Below, piece by piece: positions 1-11,948 of a stretch of 64,000 nucleotides of DNA. The position numbers and the translations under genes are program-made. The number at the start of each line of letters is the position of its first letter. Position 1 is the first letter of the stretch. The notes beneath the pieces were generated by a model. That model was not told the origin of the DNA. It saw nothing but the letters and a program-made list of their open reading frames with translations, and searched no databases. Origin of the DNA: Phoronis australis (Eukaryota; Animalia; Phoronida); assembly GCA_002633005.1 (NCBI GenBank), contig NMRA01000395.1, positions 102,681 to 166,680 on the forward strand. The letters run 5' to 3'.

Positions 1-464
1 GTTGAGAATAGCGGATTTTCAGAGCAAACGAACTGCGCATTGCGCATGTGCGAGTTACTTCCTGCACGAAGGCTCATGGAATAGCTTGTGGTCAGGCATG
101 TCTTGAGGAGGCTGGATAGTGTGTGCATTTGGAGTGCAAACTATAAACCATGTTTCATTTTTTTGCTTTATAATACCAAGCAAGTCCTCTCTCTCGTTTG
201 TAAACACAGCGTAGCTATGATCAGTGACCGTGTGGCCGAGGGCACGACTGTCGTCAGTCATGTTCAGTATTGGGGCTATCGCGTTGATTTCGAAATCTCC
301 TCCGGTTTCAGACAAGTTTAGAGTTCTTGGGTTGCTTAACTTTTGAAGCTTTCGCCGTGGATATGCTACAGACGTTAATTTTAAGAGGAAACTCCGTCGG
401 AATGTTGTTCTTATACGTCTTTTTTTTCCACCAGGAAAATGTTCGCTGCACACGCGATGGCCCC

Positions 465-1239
465 TAGGCAATTACATCGCACTGGATGCCACAGGCATTC
501 AGGGGTGATAGTACATCATCACAAAAAGTTACTCATTTCAAAATACAGCAAATAAAATCAAATGAACCATACATATAGGAACACGGAGTTGTAATTAACA
601 CATTCCACGACTCTGGATACAATTTAGTCAGCAAAACGAACAAATCGATGAAAATCTGTCGCGGTTTGCTCGAGTTTTTCTCACTTACCGGGTGCCATTT
701 TGAGGAGGTTACGAGGAATTACTCATGTTGACGAATAAAAAGTCCCAACTGACACACATCTTACAAGTTTCACCCAATACCTTCTCATGCTATTTTACAA
801 GTGTCGCACGCTAGCGTCACGCGCTAACGTCACGCGCTAACGTCACGCGCTTCGCTCAGTCTCGCGCTAACCTTTGCCTAACTCACGTGATTCAGTTGAC
901 ATGCTTTGTGGTTATCGCGCACGCGGTGATAAAATTAAAGGCAACCAAAAAAGTGGAGTTGTAATTCTTCGCCAAAGTCAACTTAATTCTCACAACTTAG
1001 CTTCATCAAAGACATGTGTAAAAGTAGAAGTAGAAAGGACCAATGATGAAAGTAAGTGTTTTTTAAATGATAGTTTTAAGTGTAGAATGTATTTTTGACG
1101 AGGTGAAACTCGGAATTGGTAACCCAAATCCGGTCACGGCCCGTTTAAAATACACTGAAGTAACGAAATAAGTACAGAAAGCGAATGGAAGTATTGTAGC
1201 CCCTATATGGCCAACCGAGGGGCTACGTGTTGCCTGCTA
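465..1239. mobile_element. Non-autonomous insertion with TAG...CTA ends and 9-bp TSD
   Basis: GATGGCCCC duplicated at 456-464 and 1240-1248. Ends are TAGGCAA.. and ..TTGCCTGCTA; hairpin GTAGCCCCT..AGGGGCTAC near the right end. Confidence 0.8.
803..870. repeat. 13-bp tandem repeat (CGTCACGCGCTAA) x ~3-5
   Basis: Copies at 815, 828 and 841, plus degenerate flanking copies. Confidence 0.8.
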
Positions 1240-3769
1240 GATGGCCCCGCGTTGGTTTGAATGCGCTAAATCTCCCCTTACTCCCAGCTCTCCTAATGTT
1301 GTTTATCCATTTTTCACGAAGTTCTTGGTTTGCAGGGAACACATAAAAACTCAGATTTTTATATCTCTTGTTGTTTTTGAAGCAGCCGGGAACACAACAA
1401 GTGTATCCGCCATAAGTTTTCTTCGCGCTCATACCGTGTATTATGCTTGTTACTATGGCCGCTTTCGGAATCTTGACCACAGCACCCACAATGCACCATT
1501 TTAATCTAATTTCAATATGGCGTCGCTGCAAATCCGCTATTATCAATCTGTACTAAAATCACAAAGGCACACAGGATTTTAGTGTTTTACATGTATAGCT
1601 GTTGTCAAAACTATTACGTCCGATTCCGTCCAATGTTCAAAACAATTCGTTTTTCTGCTAATAAAATGACAATGTCCCTTTAAAAGCTGCAATCATTTTC
1701 ATAAGCTTTTTCAAAGTGGTACGTCGTTTACGGTCCATTGATACAATGTATAAAGGACAGTCACGTATAACTAAGTCATTTAGACTAGCTCAAGTTCAAA
1801 CATTGAAGTCTAACATGAGCAACATATCCGTGTATTCGTGGATATAACACAAATAAATTGAGAAATAAGGTGCCTAGTACAAATAACTTACATTGAAAAT
1901 TAGTTAAAAGAAAGGGCAACGCTTTCATGTCATTTTTAGTAAAAATGCGTTTCGTTGTTTATCTAAGACATATTTTTCATTTAATTACGGCTTCCCGTAC
2001 TTTTATTAGTTAGCCGTGCCCTATTCCGGAGTGACGTTTAGGGGGATAAGAATTTCCCGCCATTTTGTTTCTGTGTATGAATTTTACTGTGAGGATCCGT
2101 TCTATTGTTGTTTTCGTTATGATTTCCTAAGAGCGTCGTCACCACTCCCCATCGTTTTCATATAGTCTGACTATGCAGGCCCGTAGGAAGGTAAAAATTA
2201 TTGGGGGGGCACCGACCCTGGTCGATACGTAACTTCTAATTTCGAAACCACTGCATTGCACTGGGGTGTATATATCAACGCTGTAAAATGAACTACTGCA
2301 ACCACTAGGTACGTTTTGAATTATATGAAAAAATATGTCTACTAATAATAAGGTGTGTAACAGATGCCGTACTTTTAGAGTTAATTTTTTGTTAAGATTG
2401 ACTGGAAATTTTTGGAGCAACATACATGCCGCTCATACGATTACTCTTGCTGAACAGTAAGAATGAAGGTGTGAAATAATTATAAATGTTTTTATTTCCT
2501 CTTCAACATAAATCAGTGGACGTTGCCCTGCTGCACACAGGAACTCGGGCTGCAGCTACATGTAAGTCTAACGTGGTAAAAACCCCGAGTTGTGCCTTTC
2601 GCATTTCACTTCCTCGTACAAAATCGTTTGCCACATCCACCAAATTTAGCTTATCGCACATGTCTTTGTGAACATGGAGCAACATTAAATGGTTCAACCT
2701 CCCCTGTCCCATTGTGGAACGTAAATATGACTTAACACGCCTAAGAGCACTAAATGCTCGTTCGCTACTGGCATTTGTTGCAGGCATCACTAACGGCAAG
2801 TTTGCTAGTTTAATTACATTTTCGATCAAGTGTTTTTGACCGGCTGATAATTTCTGCAAATGATCCACGACACGAGACAATGTTACCTCTTGACTACCAT
2901 CCTGTGCATAATTGGCCCCAAACGTAGCCAGGTGACAGCGCAGTGTTGAATCAAAATCATCTTCATAAAAACTGATAACATCTTGGTATTCATTTTCAAA
3001 GTTTTCCCCTTTTGCCGCCTTGAGTATCAGCTCCTCACACTGCATATAAATTTTGTAATCTTCTTGATCAAACCTGTCCCGTATTGATGCAATGATATTG
3101 TCAAGAGCTTCAAAATAAGTTCTTCTATAATAATCTTCTGGACTCGAAGAAAACTCCGGAGGCGCATTTCCTGTTTCGTATCTAGCGGGTTTTCTATTGC
3201 GTCTAGGGAGACCAGGATGTTTGACGTGATAATCCTTTGCACAAGCTAGGACTTCATCCCAGAAGTTTTTATATTCTCTGTCGTTTCTCATCCGTTCTAA
3301 TGTAGTAAGGGTCATTTTGGCAATCTTTTGAGCCTCAGCCGCGGACATCTGAACGCTTTGTAAAGTTGTACTCAGATTGTCAGCATGCACCAACAGGCGT
3401 TCTGAAAGTACTAATAGCGGAGAGGGAATTCTTGAAAATCGCGCACTTTGTGACAAGTTTCTGCAAATTGGTACAATGTTAGGAATAGGTAAAACATCTC
3501 TAAAAAGCACCGCAAACAAACTGTGCTTACCCCCTAGTGGCCGCTACGCACAAAATCCAACATGGCCGCCGCCGAAAATGGAATTTGGCATATCTCGACT
3601 ATCATCATCACCAGATCATGTTGTAAATCAATGTTTTCAATATTTTTGGGTTCGGGGAGTTTATTTCTGGTGTTAGTTTTATGATTTGAGGCCATTAAAA
3701 TATTTTTACACTTTCTATGAACTGAAAATACCAAACGCTTGTTCCCGAGCAGCTCCACTCTTGCATCTA

Positions 3770-6015
3770 TTGGTTATATTATTTTTGTTGGTTTGAATGA
3801 GGCTGCATATAATGCTCAGAAGAAAAAATGCAATGGCGGTACCCTGATGAAGTCGGTGAATCAAAAATGGTATATCTATGCTTCATGGGCATGCTCCACA
3901 TCGAAATGGCATCTCAAGAGAGTGGAGGTGAACTATTGGACGGATCTGGATGGGACCGCATGTTCTCCATAGACAATGTCTTCACTCCTGGTGTTGCACC
4001 ATCTCCTCTGGGTGGAAAGCATGTCAAGCGTACCAGATGTGCATACCAACTCACTCTGGCTTAATGAGTTAAAGAAACAGGCATATGATGATGAGTACTG
4101 TCATGAAAAGTCTGGACCTCACAAAAGCTTTGATATGTGGGAAAAACGAGTCTGCAATGCTCCAACAGTTTGTTACTGGAAAATTATAAGAGACTACCTG
4201 CTAATTAACTGTCGCTTCATTCGAGGTTAGAGACTGGGCAATTGGCCATTGACTTTAAAAGCCCATGTGAAGAATTGTGTCCATGGTTTTTTTTNNNNNN
4301 NNNNNNNNNNNNNNNNNNNNNNNNNNNNNNNNNNNNNNNNNNNNNNNNNNNNNNNNNNNNNNNNNNNNNNNNNNNNNNNNNNNNNNNNNNNNNNNNNNNN
4401 NNNNNNNNNNNNNNNNNNNNNNNNNNNNNNNNNNNNNNNNNNNNNCAGATGGCAGAGAGCACAAGAAGAGTGGATGCAGTCTGGGACACATACGGAGAGG
4501 ATAGTCTGAAGTCATAAACTCATGTGAAGCGTGGCGAGACTGAATGGCGACAAACACGGGTTTCGGCTAAGATACCAATGCCCTGGGGAACTCAGTGGCA
4601 GACATTCCTCAAAATTGTTAAAACAAGGACGAGCTCTTCCAGTTCTACATCGACGACCTTCTGGGCATCACAGCTGATTCACAGTACCAACTTCTTACAA
4701 CAAATGCCTACCTAATATTCAGCAGCAAACCAACAGACGTATCACCGTTGTTTCCATGGCTATAGACAGTAGCTGACACGAGGATGACGATGCATTTGCA
4801 ACATGCAGCTGTTCAGGATGACACCAAGGCTTACCTTAGGACAGTTGTCAGTGTCGCGGTGGTTCTAGCAGTCAGCTTCTTTCACAAGCAAGGCCTCTAA
4901 GAGTTGTGAATTGGATTTGTATCTGGAAAAACTATAAGGATATTTCCATCCACCAAATCTCTCCAAACCTTGAGCCGCAGAAATGTGAAGTCCTCCCACT
5001 CTTCCATGTACTGACAAGTTGTGATGTCGTCTCAGCAATGTTCGGGATTGAAAAACCATGGAATGCTTGGGCTGCTTTCCCCGAGGTCACAAATACCTTT
5101 ATTGCCATCACTTATGACCCAACTACCCTCACACTTGACTCGATTCTTTTACAACACCTTGAACGCTGAATAGTACTAAAATACAGTAAAAACTGAGGGA
5201 CACACCCTGTGAATGACGCATGAAAGCTTCNGGTTCTAGCAGTCAGCTTCTTTCACAAGCAAGGCCTCTAAGAGTTGTGGATTGGATTTGTATCTGGAAA
5301 AACTATAAGGATATTTCTATCCACCAAATCTCTCAAAATCTTGAGCCGCAGAAATGTGAAGTCCTCCCACTCTTCCATGTACTGACAGGTTGTGATGTCG
5401 TCTCAGCAATGTTCGGGATTGAAAAACCATGGAATGCTTGGGCTGCTTTCCCCCGAGGTCACAAATACCTTTATTGCCATCACTTATGACCCAACTACCC
5501 TCACACTTGACTCGATTCTTTTACGACACCTTGAACGCTGAATAGTACTAAAATACAGTAAAAACTGAGGGACACACCCTGTGAATGACGCAAGAAAGCT
5601 TCTGTTCACCCATGGACTCAAGACTCCTGAATCACTACCACCAACACAGCATGCTTCATTCCAACATGGTAAGCGTTCCCTGCTCACTGCAGGTTTGTTT
5701 GGAAACAGTTTTTTGCCAATAAAACCCCAGATACCAAACCATGTCTATGGGGTTGGAAATGGAATGCTAGAGCTACAAAATGAGTGCCATATTGGTCAGA
5801 TCTGGAAGATGTAAGCCAGTTGTGTTCGCTACTTGTAGCTGTGTTGTTGCTTGCAAAGGCAATTGTAAGTGCCACCGAGCTGGACTTGGCCGGTGTACCA
5901 CAGTGTGAAAATGTGAAGGTGCCTGCACNTTGCCTGCAAAGGCAATTGTAAGTGCCACCGAGCTGGACTTGGCCGGTGTACCACAGTGTGAAAATGTGAA
6001 GGTGCTTGCACCAGC
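3770..6015 (+). pseudogene. Academ transposase / XPG-like nuclease / Cys-rich finger remnants
   Basis: Frameshifted fragments FMGMLHIEMA..LLDGSGW..HVKRTRCAYQLT, RRVDAVWDTYGEDSLK, ADTRM, LPLFHVLTGCDVVSAMFG, LPPTQHA and C-terminal CKGNCKCHRAGL..C..CEGAC. Confidence 0.85.
4861..5600. other. Near-identical tandem duplication across a single N (5231); probable assembly/haplotype overlap
   Basis: 4861-5230 is repeated at 5232-5600 with few differences. Same pattern at ~5851-6010 around N 5929. Confidence 0.8.
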
Positions 6016-7655
6016 AACGACTCTTCATCTTTCTCAATATCTAGTTGTTTTATAAGTTAGTATGCATACATGATACAAACTAGCAGCCACCAGTATTTGG
6101 TAGACAATTCTGTTCATTCAGTTGCTAATAAAATATCTATATTTCTATAGTCTCAATCTAGAAGTATTGTCAGTCAGCTGGACAAGTCCTATTTTGTTCA
6201 AACCTGGTTTTGTAAAACGGTAATTTTAGAATTTTGTGCGGTGAATCACATCGATACACCCATTAATTAAACAAAGTAACTGTTACGAGGACAAAAATAA
6301 ATTTGAGTTATTTGTGAATGACATTTGCTTTGAAAGTATCGTTTTGCGTTGGAATTGACCCCAAAACATAAAACTAGCACCAAAAATGAACTTTTCACCT
6401 CCCAAAATATTGAAACGATGATATCACAATTTGTTCTATTGATAATAATAGCCAACCTATGCCAATTTCCATTTTCGGCGGCGGCCATATTGGATTTTGC
6501 GCGTAACAACCACCAGGGGGTAAGCACACTTTGTTTGCGGTGTTTTTTGAATTTCTTTTGGTTATACCTAACAGCGTACCAAATTGCAAAAACTTGTCAC
6601 AAAGTGCCCAATTTTTGCAAATCTGCACATATTCCCTCCCCGCTATAAACCGTAAAAGAAACTAAACTGTGTCATGTGAGACTGAATTCCACGTATCCGC
6701 GATTTCATTTCTGAATCATTGCAATTTTGGACTCCCCAGGACCAGAGTTCCTGTAAACAATCATAGTTACCTATCACACGATTCAGAGCGTCAGCCTTCA
6801 CGGTCCATCTCGTTGGACACAGTTGCCGAATATTACCCACTTCTCTGTCGTAAAGCAACGCATCTCGTATTTTATTCAACTGTGCGTCACGTTTATGAGA
6901 TTTTTTTTATCAATTTGGTAATTTCGTACGTGGTGTCTAAAGCATCTGCCATCAGCTTGCATCATTCAACGCGTGGCCATAACAATGTGTGTACAGGGCG
7001 CGATGTTCTTCCTGTTTAATGTTGACAACGACTCCATTTTTGGACCCACTCATTGCGCTGCAACCATCATAGCATTGACCACGACATCTGCTTAAAGACA
7101 AGTTCATCCGCAACAGTGTGTCTTTTAGAAGTGACGTAATTGTTTGGGCATCCATCATTTCCAAGCGGCGAAATCCGATGAAATCTTCATGTGGTTGTAA
7201 TGATTCGTCTACCCATCGGATACAAACGACGAGTTGTTCGCTATTAGACACGTCAGTAGTTTCGTCTGCCAGTATACTAAAATAAGGACTGCCGCGAATG
7301 CACGACGNNNNNNNNNNNNNNNNNNNNNNNNNNNNNNNNNNNNNNNNNNNNNNNNNNNNNNNNNNNNNNNNNNNNNNNNNNNNNNNNNNNNNNNNNNNNN
7401 NNNNNNNNNNNNNNNNNNNNNNNNNNNNNNNNNNNNNNNNNNNNNNNNNNNNNNNNNNNNNNNNNNNNNNNNNNNNNNNNNNNNNNNNNNNNNNNNNNNN
7501 NNNNNNNNNNNNNNNNNNNNNNNNNNNNNNNNNNNNNNNNNNNNNNNNNNNNNNNNNNNNNNNNNNNNNNNNNNNNNNNNNNNNNNNNNNNNNNNNNNNN
7601 NNNNNNNNNNNNNNNNNNNNNNNNNNNNNNNNNNNNNNNNNNNNNNNNNNNNNNN

Positions 7656-10567
7656 GGTCGGTTGTCAAGATTTCCATCTCTAGACCACAAGAAAATCGCA
7701 TATTTGTTGCATGAAGCATTTCCTAATACACGTGGTAAGATCTCCCCATGAAGGGAATGAACACTTTTTCCTACGTCGGGATATACACTTGTTACTGGCA
7801 TTTTCAATACAGACGACAGACCCATGACAGCCATGAGACCACTCCAATTCCCATCGTGGCACAGATGCTTTGCCTCTCTTACAATGGCTGCTTCATTATC
7901 ATCGTTTACAGTGTCTCCAAGACCGTCCTCCTGAGACATTACCACAGTGAATAATGTTTGAAAATCCGAAGATATAGAGTTTTCTTTCTGAGTAGCAGCA
8001 ATAACGTGTGGGTGCCTTGCATAAAAGTCAGAGTGAATGAAGAGCTCGGCTGCAGTCAGCAGCCTTAATGTCACGTGGAGGGATTCGTCACCTATAAACA
8101 GAAATTAAGCAACTGCAAGGTTGTATCAAGAGATTACTTGCCTTTATAAAATAAGGCCATGCGATACTTTAGATAGGTTTTGAAATTCTGTGTAATGACA
8201 AGAAATTCGTAAATGGGCCTTATTCCAGGAATGAGTTTATAGACATAATTTCGACTTTCCGAAATGGCACTTTTAGTGAATGCCAATGTATTTTTTCCCA
8301 TTTCACGTCCCCAACTTCATGGCAAATGCCCAAAATGCGCTCATACACAGAACAAAGTACGGGATGATAGTTGTTTCAAAGGGACAAGCCACATACGTGT
8401 AACCGTCGTCGCGAACCTAACATTACTATTTGCACAATTTCAAGTTAGTTTTCTGCTATGAAACCGGAAACTTGTCGCAATTTTTTAAAATCTAAGTTTT
8501 GCATTTTGTGCTTTTAAAGTTATGTAGAACCTAATAAGAGTTCCAATTTTTTCCAAATTCAAAAATGTATTGAATTTGCATCGAACTTTCAAATTCCGAT
8601 ACACTGTTCTCGACCACGCTGTTAGGAATTTTTCTTAAAATGTTCGACTTTTGCATGAGGGCTAATCAAAATAGTGCTTCAGATTTTTATGAAAACGTTT
8701 TAAAGTTGCATAAAACGAAAACGAAACAATATTTTAGAAAATTGCAACAGCGTTTTTGAGATTTTATCTTAAACAATTATACTACACGAAATTTGCGCAT
8801 GCTATTGACGCCGTTGTTTTGTTTGATTAACAGAATGTACCTTATTAATTTGCTAAATTTTCTTATAAGTTAATGTCAAGCAACCTATTTAGTTGCGGAC
8901 TGGTATGAAATCAAAAATCAAATTCTACGGAATTACTACTTTCCAAAAATATACTTTTGCTGGGCTAAGTTGTATACAATTTAGTATATATGTATTTGGC
9001 TAAATATACAGGCATGACGAGAAGGTGCTACATAACCTTAGTAAGGCGCGATGTGTTAATGTAAAAACTAATTTTGTATTTTTAGGCTGTTGTGATAATT
9101 TGCATAGGCTATTTACTTCGTAGTTTCTGTTAAACACGCACTCCGCTAATGGGCGTCATTTTGCTTCTCCAAATTAAACTTTGGTTCATTTGACATTTAG
9201 TAGTACAGTAAATCATATAGCATATTTTTTAACGTACATGTATTTCTTTTACTTTTTGGGTATGAAAGAAGGAATTCTGTGTTTCATATTCTTATGTTTC
9301 ACTGAGCTACTACTCGCGTTTCATAAGAAAGTGAAATACGTTTCTGATTTCCCCGTTAAAATGCGAATCTATGGGACTTACTAAAGTAGTTCGCAAATTC
9401 TATTTTGTCATTGTACTACAGCCACTGTTGAATGCTATCCGGAAATATGGTGAACAAACAAAATTTGAGAACAAAATGCAAAAGGTGCACGTGTATTATC
9501 ACCGTAGTCAAATCAATATCTGCTTCCTGTGCAAACGATCAAATCTACGGTCTTCCAGCATAGGAGTTGAGTGAACGTAGTTAATGTTAAATGCATGCAC
9601 TGTATGCATGAATACCACAGTTGGAGAAAGTAGTCTGCACTATAGATAAACTGTGGGTCGTTGACCTCTTTTTTCAATTTTTCTCTCCCAGTTCTTTGGA
9701 AATTTCATTGAAAATATTTAAACTCTTTAATTTTAGAGAATGAGCGTTAATACTATAAGTTTTTCGTCATTATACAAGTTATTGTCACATAAGTTAAGAT
9801 ATAGCTCTATTCATCACCATTTAAAACAGGGTACATGTTTGAATTAGTCGATACCTCAAAACCCAGGCATTTTCTACCATAATAGCCAATGACTTCTATT
9901 TTAGCAACGGGTAATTCATTACATTTCTAGACAGACCGTGTGATTTGTCGTTTATATTCAGCAAAAACACGATCAGCCACTATGAGCCAAAATCGATTCT
10001 TAATACATGGGCGGCGCACTATAGGGGGCTGAAAGGCTATCACCCCCTTAATCCAGTGGTGCACCGTCCGCGGGCGTAGGCGGCGCACCTGATAGGGGGC
10101 TGAGGGAATATAGCTCCCCACTAGTTGCTGCGCCGCCCATGTAATATCGAGTAAAGTAAAAGTCAAAAATCTATTATGAAAAATATCAAGTTATACCAGA
10201 TATGCAAAGAGAAGCGGCTCGACATAAAAAGTTGCCGTCCCCAGATGTGCGAATGGGTTCGTGTGTTGACTGGTGAGATTCGGGAATTATGCATTTTGCG
10301 AACTCGTCGATCAGAGCATTTTCCAACAAACTAGATGTAGAAAGAGGGGATTCAACAGCTTGTGTTACAAGGTTACTGTATGTGTCGTATAGAGTTCCAG
10401 CTTTCGACGCCACGAGTTCTCCAAGGCCCTGTAAAATACAGAATTTCTGACCACTGATCGAAATTTACTGCAGTTTCCTGCTATAACGTGCATGCAACAA
10501 TCACAGTGAACAGTAAAAACAACTCCACAACGTTAGAAAACTCAATTACCTCCATTGTGGTCGACAT
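7656..10567 (-). CDS. Vertnin-like OTU-fold protein inside the hAT element; exons 10567-10550, 10428-10197, 8091-7656 (runs into N gap)
   Basis: Phase-compatible GT-AG joins give MSTTME|GLGELVASK..HEPIRTSGDGNFLCRAASLCIS|GDESLHVTLRLLTAAELF..WSGLMAVMGLSSVLKMPVTSVYP..AIFLWSRDGNLDNR. This matches vertnin/OTU-like motifs, but the expected GDGNC Cys reads Phe. Confidence 0.75.
10006..10141. mobile_element. hAT-like MITE (CATGGGCGGCGCA family), 5-bp TSD
   Basis: TIR CATGGGCGGCGCA / TGCGCCGCCCATG; TSD TAATA on both sides. Confidence 0.85.
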
Positions 10568-10995
10568 CTCGAATAATGCACTGAACACCAAAGTTCAAGC
10601 TTAGAACTGCACGCGCTACTGCTAGATATAATGTAACACTTACCGGACACACGTGAGGTCTTCACTTTGCCGACGACGCCAAACATCAACTCGAAGTCTC
10701 GTTCTGCAGTCTTGGGAAACGATTCTTTGGCGAAATAAAAGCTGCCTGATCCACACGTTTTTATGGTGTTTTTCTGATAACTAAGTCAGATTCTTCAATT
10801 TCGTTATAAGTCTGAGAAAACTGTACTTCAAATCAAAATACAATGTTGCAGAAGCTTCTACGCTGAAATTTTTTTGGGGGGCACGCCCCCCGGCCCCCCG
10901 CTTCCTACATTTACGGCCCTGCATGTGAGCTGTTGAGTAAGTCAAGGTTTTATCTCGGTTGTGATAAGTTCGGTCGTCGTTTGCGTTTATTTACC

Positions 10996-11730
10996 ATTCA
11001 ATCAACATGCTGTGCGGTTCCTGCGTTCTTGGGTGTACTCGTTATCGTCTCACGCGCACTTTGGGTATGCCATTTTCCGAAAGATGACACACTCTGCCGT
11101 ACTTGGCTTGTTGGTGTGAAGAAAGCAGTGTTTCCCGTCCACATAACGTACATGTACAAGTACAAGACAGTGAAGAATTACCGAGTTTGTGGCAGGAATT
11201 TTCTGCCGTCGGATTACGAAAGAGATATGTAAGCGGAATTGAGGAAGGTTTATGCAAAACGACACCTGGATGAGGGTGCCATACCGTCGCTGTTCATTCA
11301 CGGCAGTACCCCTTCGCCACCCCTGAGAAGTTCCTATTTTATGCGAGAAGCCTCGCGAGCTATGGCCTCTACAATGACTGGCGGCCCTTCATCTAGTAAT
11401 TGTCACCCGTGCCTCCGAACGTACCCCCAGAGCGCCCAATTCCGAATGCTAGCAGTGATTCGCCCTGTGCTGGTGTTTTATATAGCCCAAAGCCTGTAAG
11501 CAGGCCTGCAGCTATGCTGAGTAGTGCGACTGAATACAGGCCCAGTTCGATACCCAGTGAGGAGGACAGTTCGTTGTCTAATGAACAGGCGGGTGAGCCA
11601 AACTTTTTTAAGTTTTATCGTGGACTTGACTAAAGTATTGGAGCTATTTGGAAGGTGCCAAGTGTGTGGCGTGGGAGTCGCACGGTGAGATGTACATGTA
11701 AGCTGTTTGGGTGCTCAAGTCAACATGCAA
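10996..11730 (+). pseudogene. Kolobok THAP-transposase N-terminal remnant
   Basis: CCAVP..HFPKDDTLCRTW..YRVCGRNFLPSDY..LDEGAIPSLF (THAP), then LTKVLELFGRCQVCG and GAQVNMQW. Contains stops and frameshifts. Confidence 0.8.
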
Positions 11731-11948
11731 TGGGAACAGCATAGGCATTCCATTTTTGAGGTCGGCATAATAGTGCACACCATGCATTTGCACCAAGACG
11801 CCCCACCAAGTCTGTCTTCAGTCTCTGCCTCATTCCTCTCAACAACTGTTTGTGCGTATTCTGCCTCTCTATATTCGGGCTCTAACATATAGCCACTCAA
11901 TGGGGAAATATTCCTCGTCACCACTGCTACAAACAATGTCTCCGTCAC
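11715..11948 (-). pseudogene. KolX (P2X7 C-terminal/nanor-like) remnant of Kolobok
   Basis: YMLEPEY..DRLGGASWCKCMVCTIMPTSKMECLCC matches the KolX cysteine cluster. Convergent with the THAP ORF and truncated at an internal deletion. Confidence 0.8.

Larger units (their letters stand above)
55..1432 (-). pseudogene. THAP zinc-finger ORF of a transposon, split by an insertion and frameshifted
   Basis: MSAKKTYGGYTCCVPGC..FYVFP..LREKWINNIRR..PTRGH (1432-1241) joins RVCSEHFPGGKK..NNIPTEF (455-385) once 465-1239 and one TSD copy are removed. This gives the C2CH THAP signature, with a frameshift in the T-run at 420-427. Confidence 0.85.
1..1679 (-). mobile_element. Kolobok-like DNA transposon remnant (right end visible, left end outside window)
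   Basis: Terminus TGTCCCT|TTAA at 1673-1683 (= TTAA|AGGGACA on minus, typical of Kolobok). Subterminal inverted match between ~1-22 (GTTGAGAATAGCGGATTTTCAG) and ~1526-1547. Contains a THAP gene. Confidence 0.6.
3415..6645 (+). mobile_element. Academ DNA transposon (AcademX-like), decayed
   Basis: Long imperfect TIRs (~300 bp) TAGCGGAGAGGGAAT... / ...ATTCCCTCCCCGCTA. 3-bp TSD TAA at 3412-3414 and 6646-6648. Confidence 0.9.
2503..7307 (-). pseudogene. hAT transposase (ZMYM1-like, DUF4371 region + C-terminal dimerisation domain), interrupted by Academ
   Basis: Motifs YFSILADETTD, GQCYDG, HCYGHALN, LCPTRW and MPATNASSERAFSALRRVKSYLRSTMGQGRLNHLMLL. Frame FSFFYGL|VLSERLL is restored on removing 3415-6645 plus one TAA. 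Frameshift near 6880-6960. Confidence 0.92.
2176..10921 (-). mobile_element. hAT DNA transposon (ZMYM/Tip-like transposase) carrying a vertnin-like gene
   Basis: TIRs CAGGCCCGTA (2176) and TACGGCCCTG (10921), with G-rich subterminal GGGGGGGCAC at both ends. hAT transposase inside. TSD not cleanly conserved (CTATG / CATGT). Confidence 0.8.

Noticed and set aside
2503-3519. 338-aa ORF as an intact or domesticated ZMYM gene
   Set aside because: Its N-terminus is read from the Academ TIR; it is the C-terminal half of a disrupted transposase.
4861-6010. Internal duplications in Academ as biological tandem repeats
   Set aside because: Both are near-identical and joined by a single N (5231, 5929), typical of contig or haplotype overlaps.
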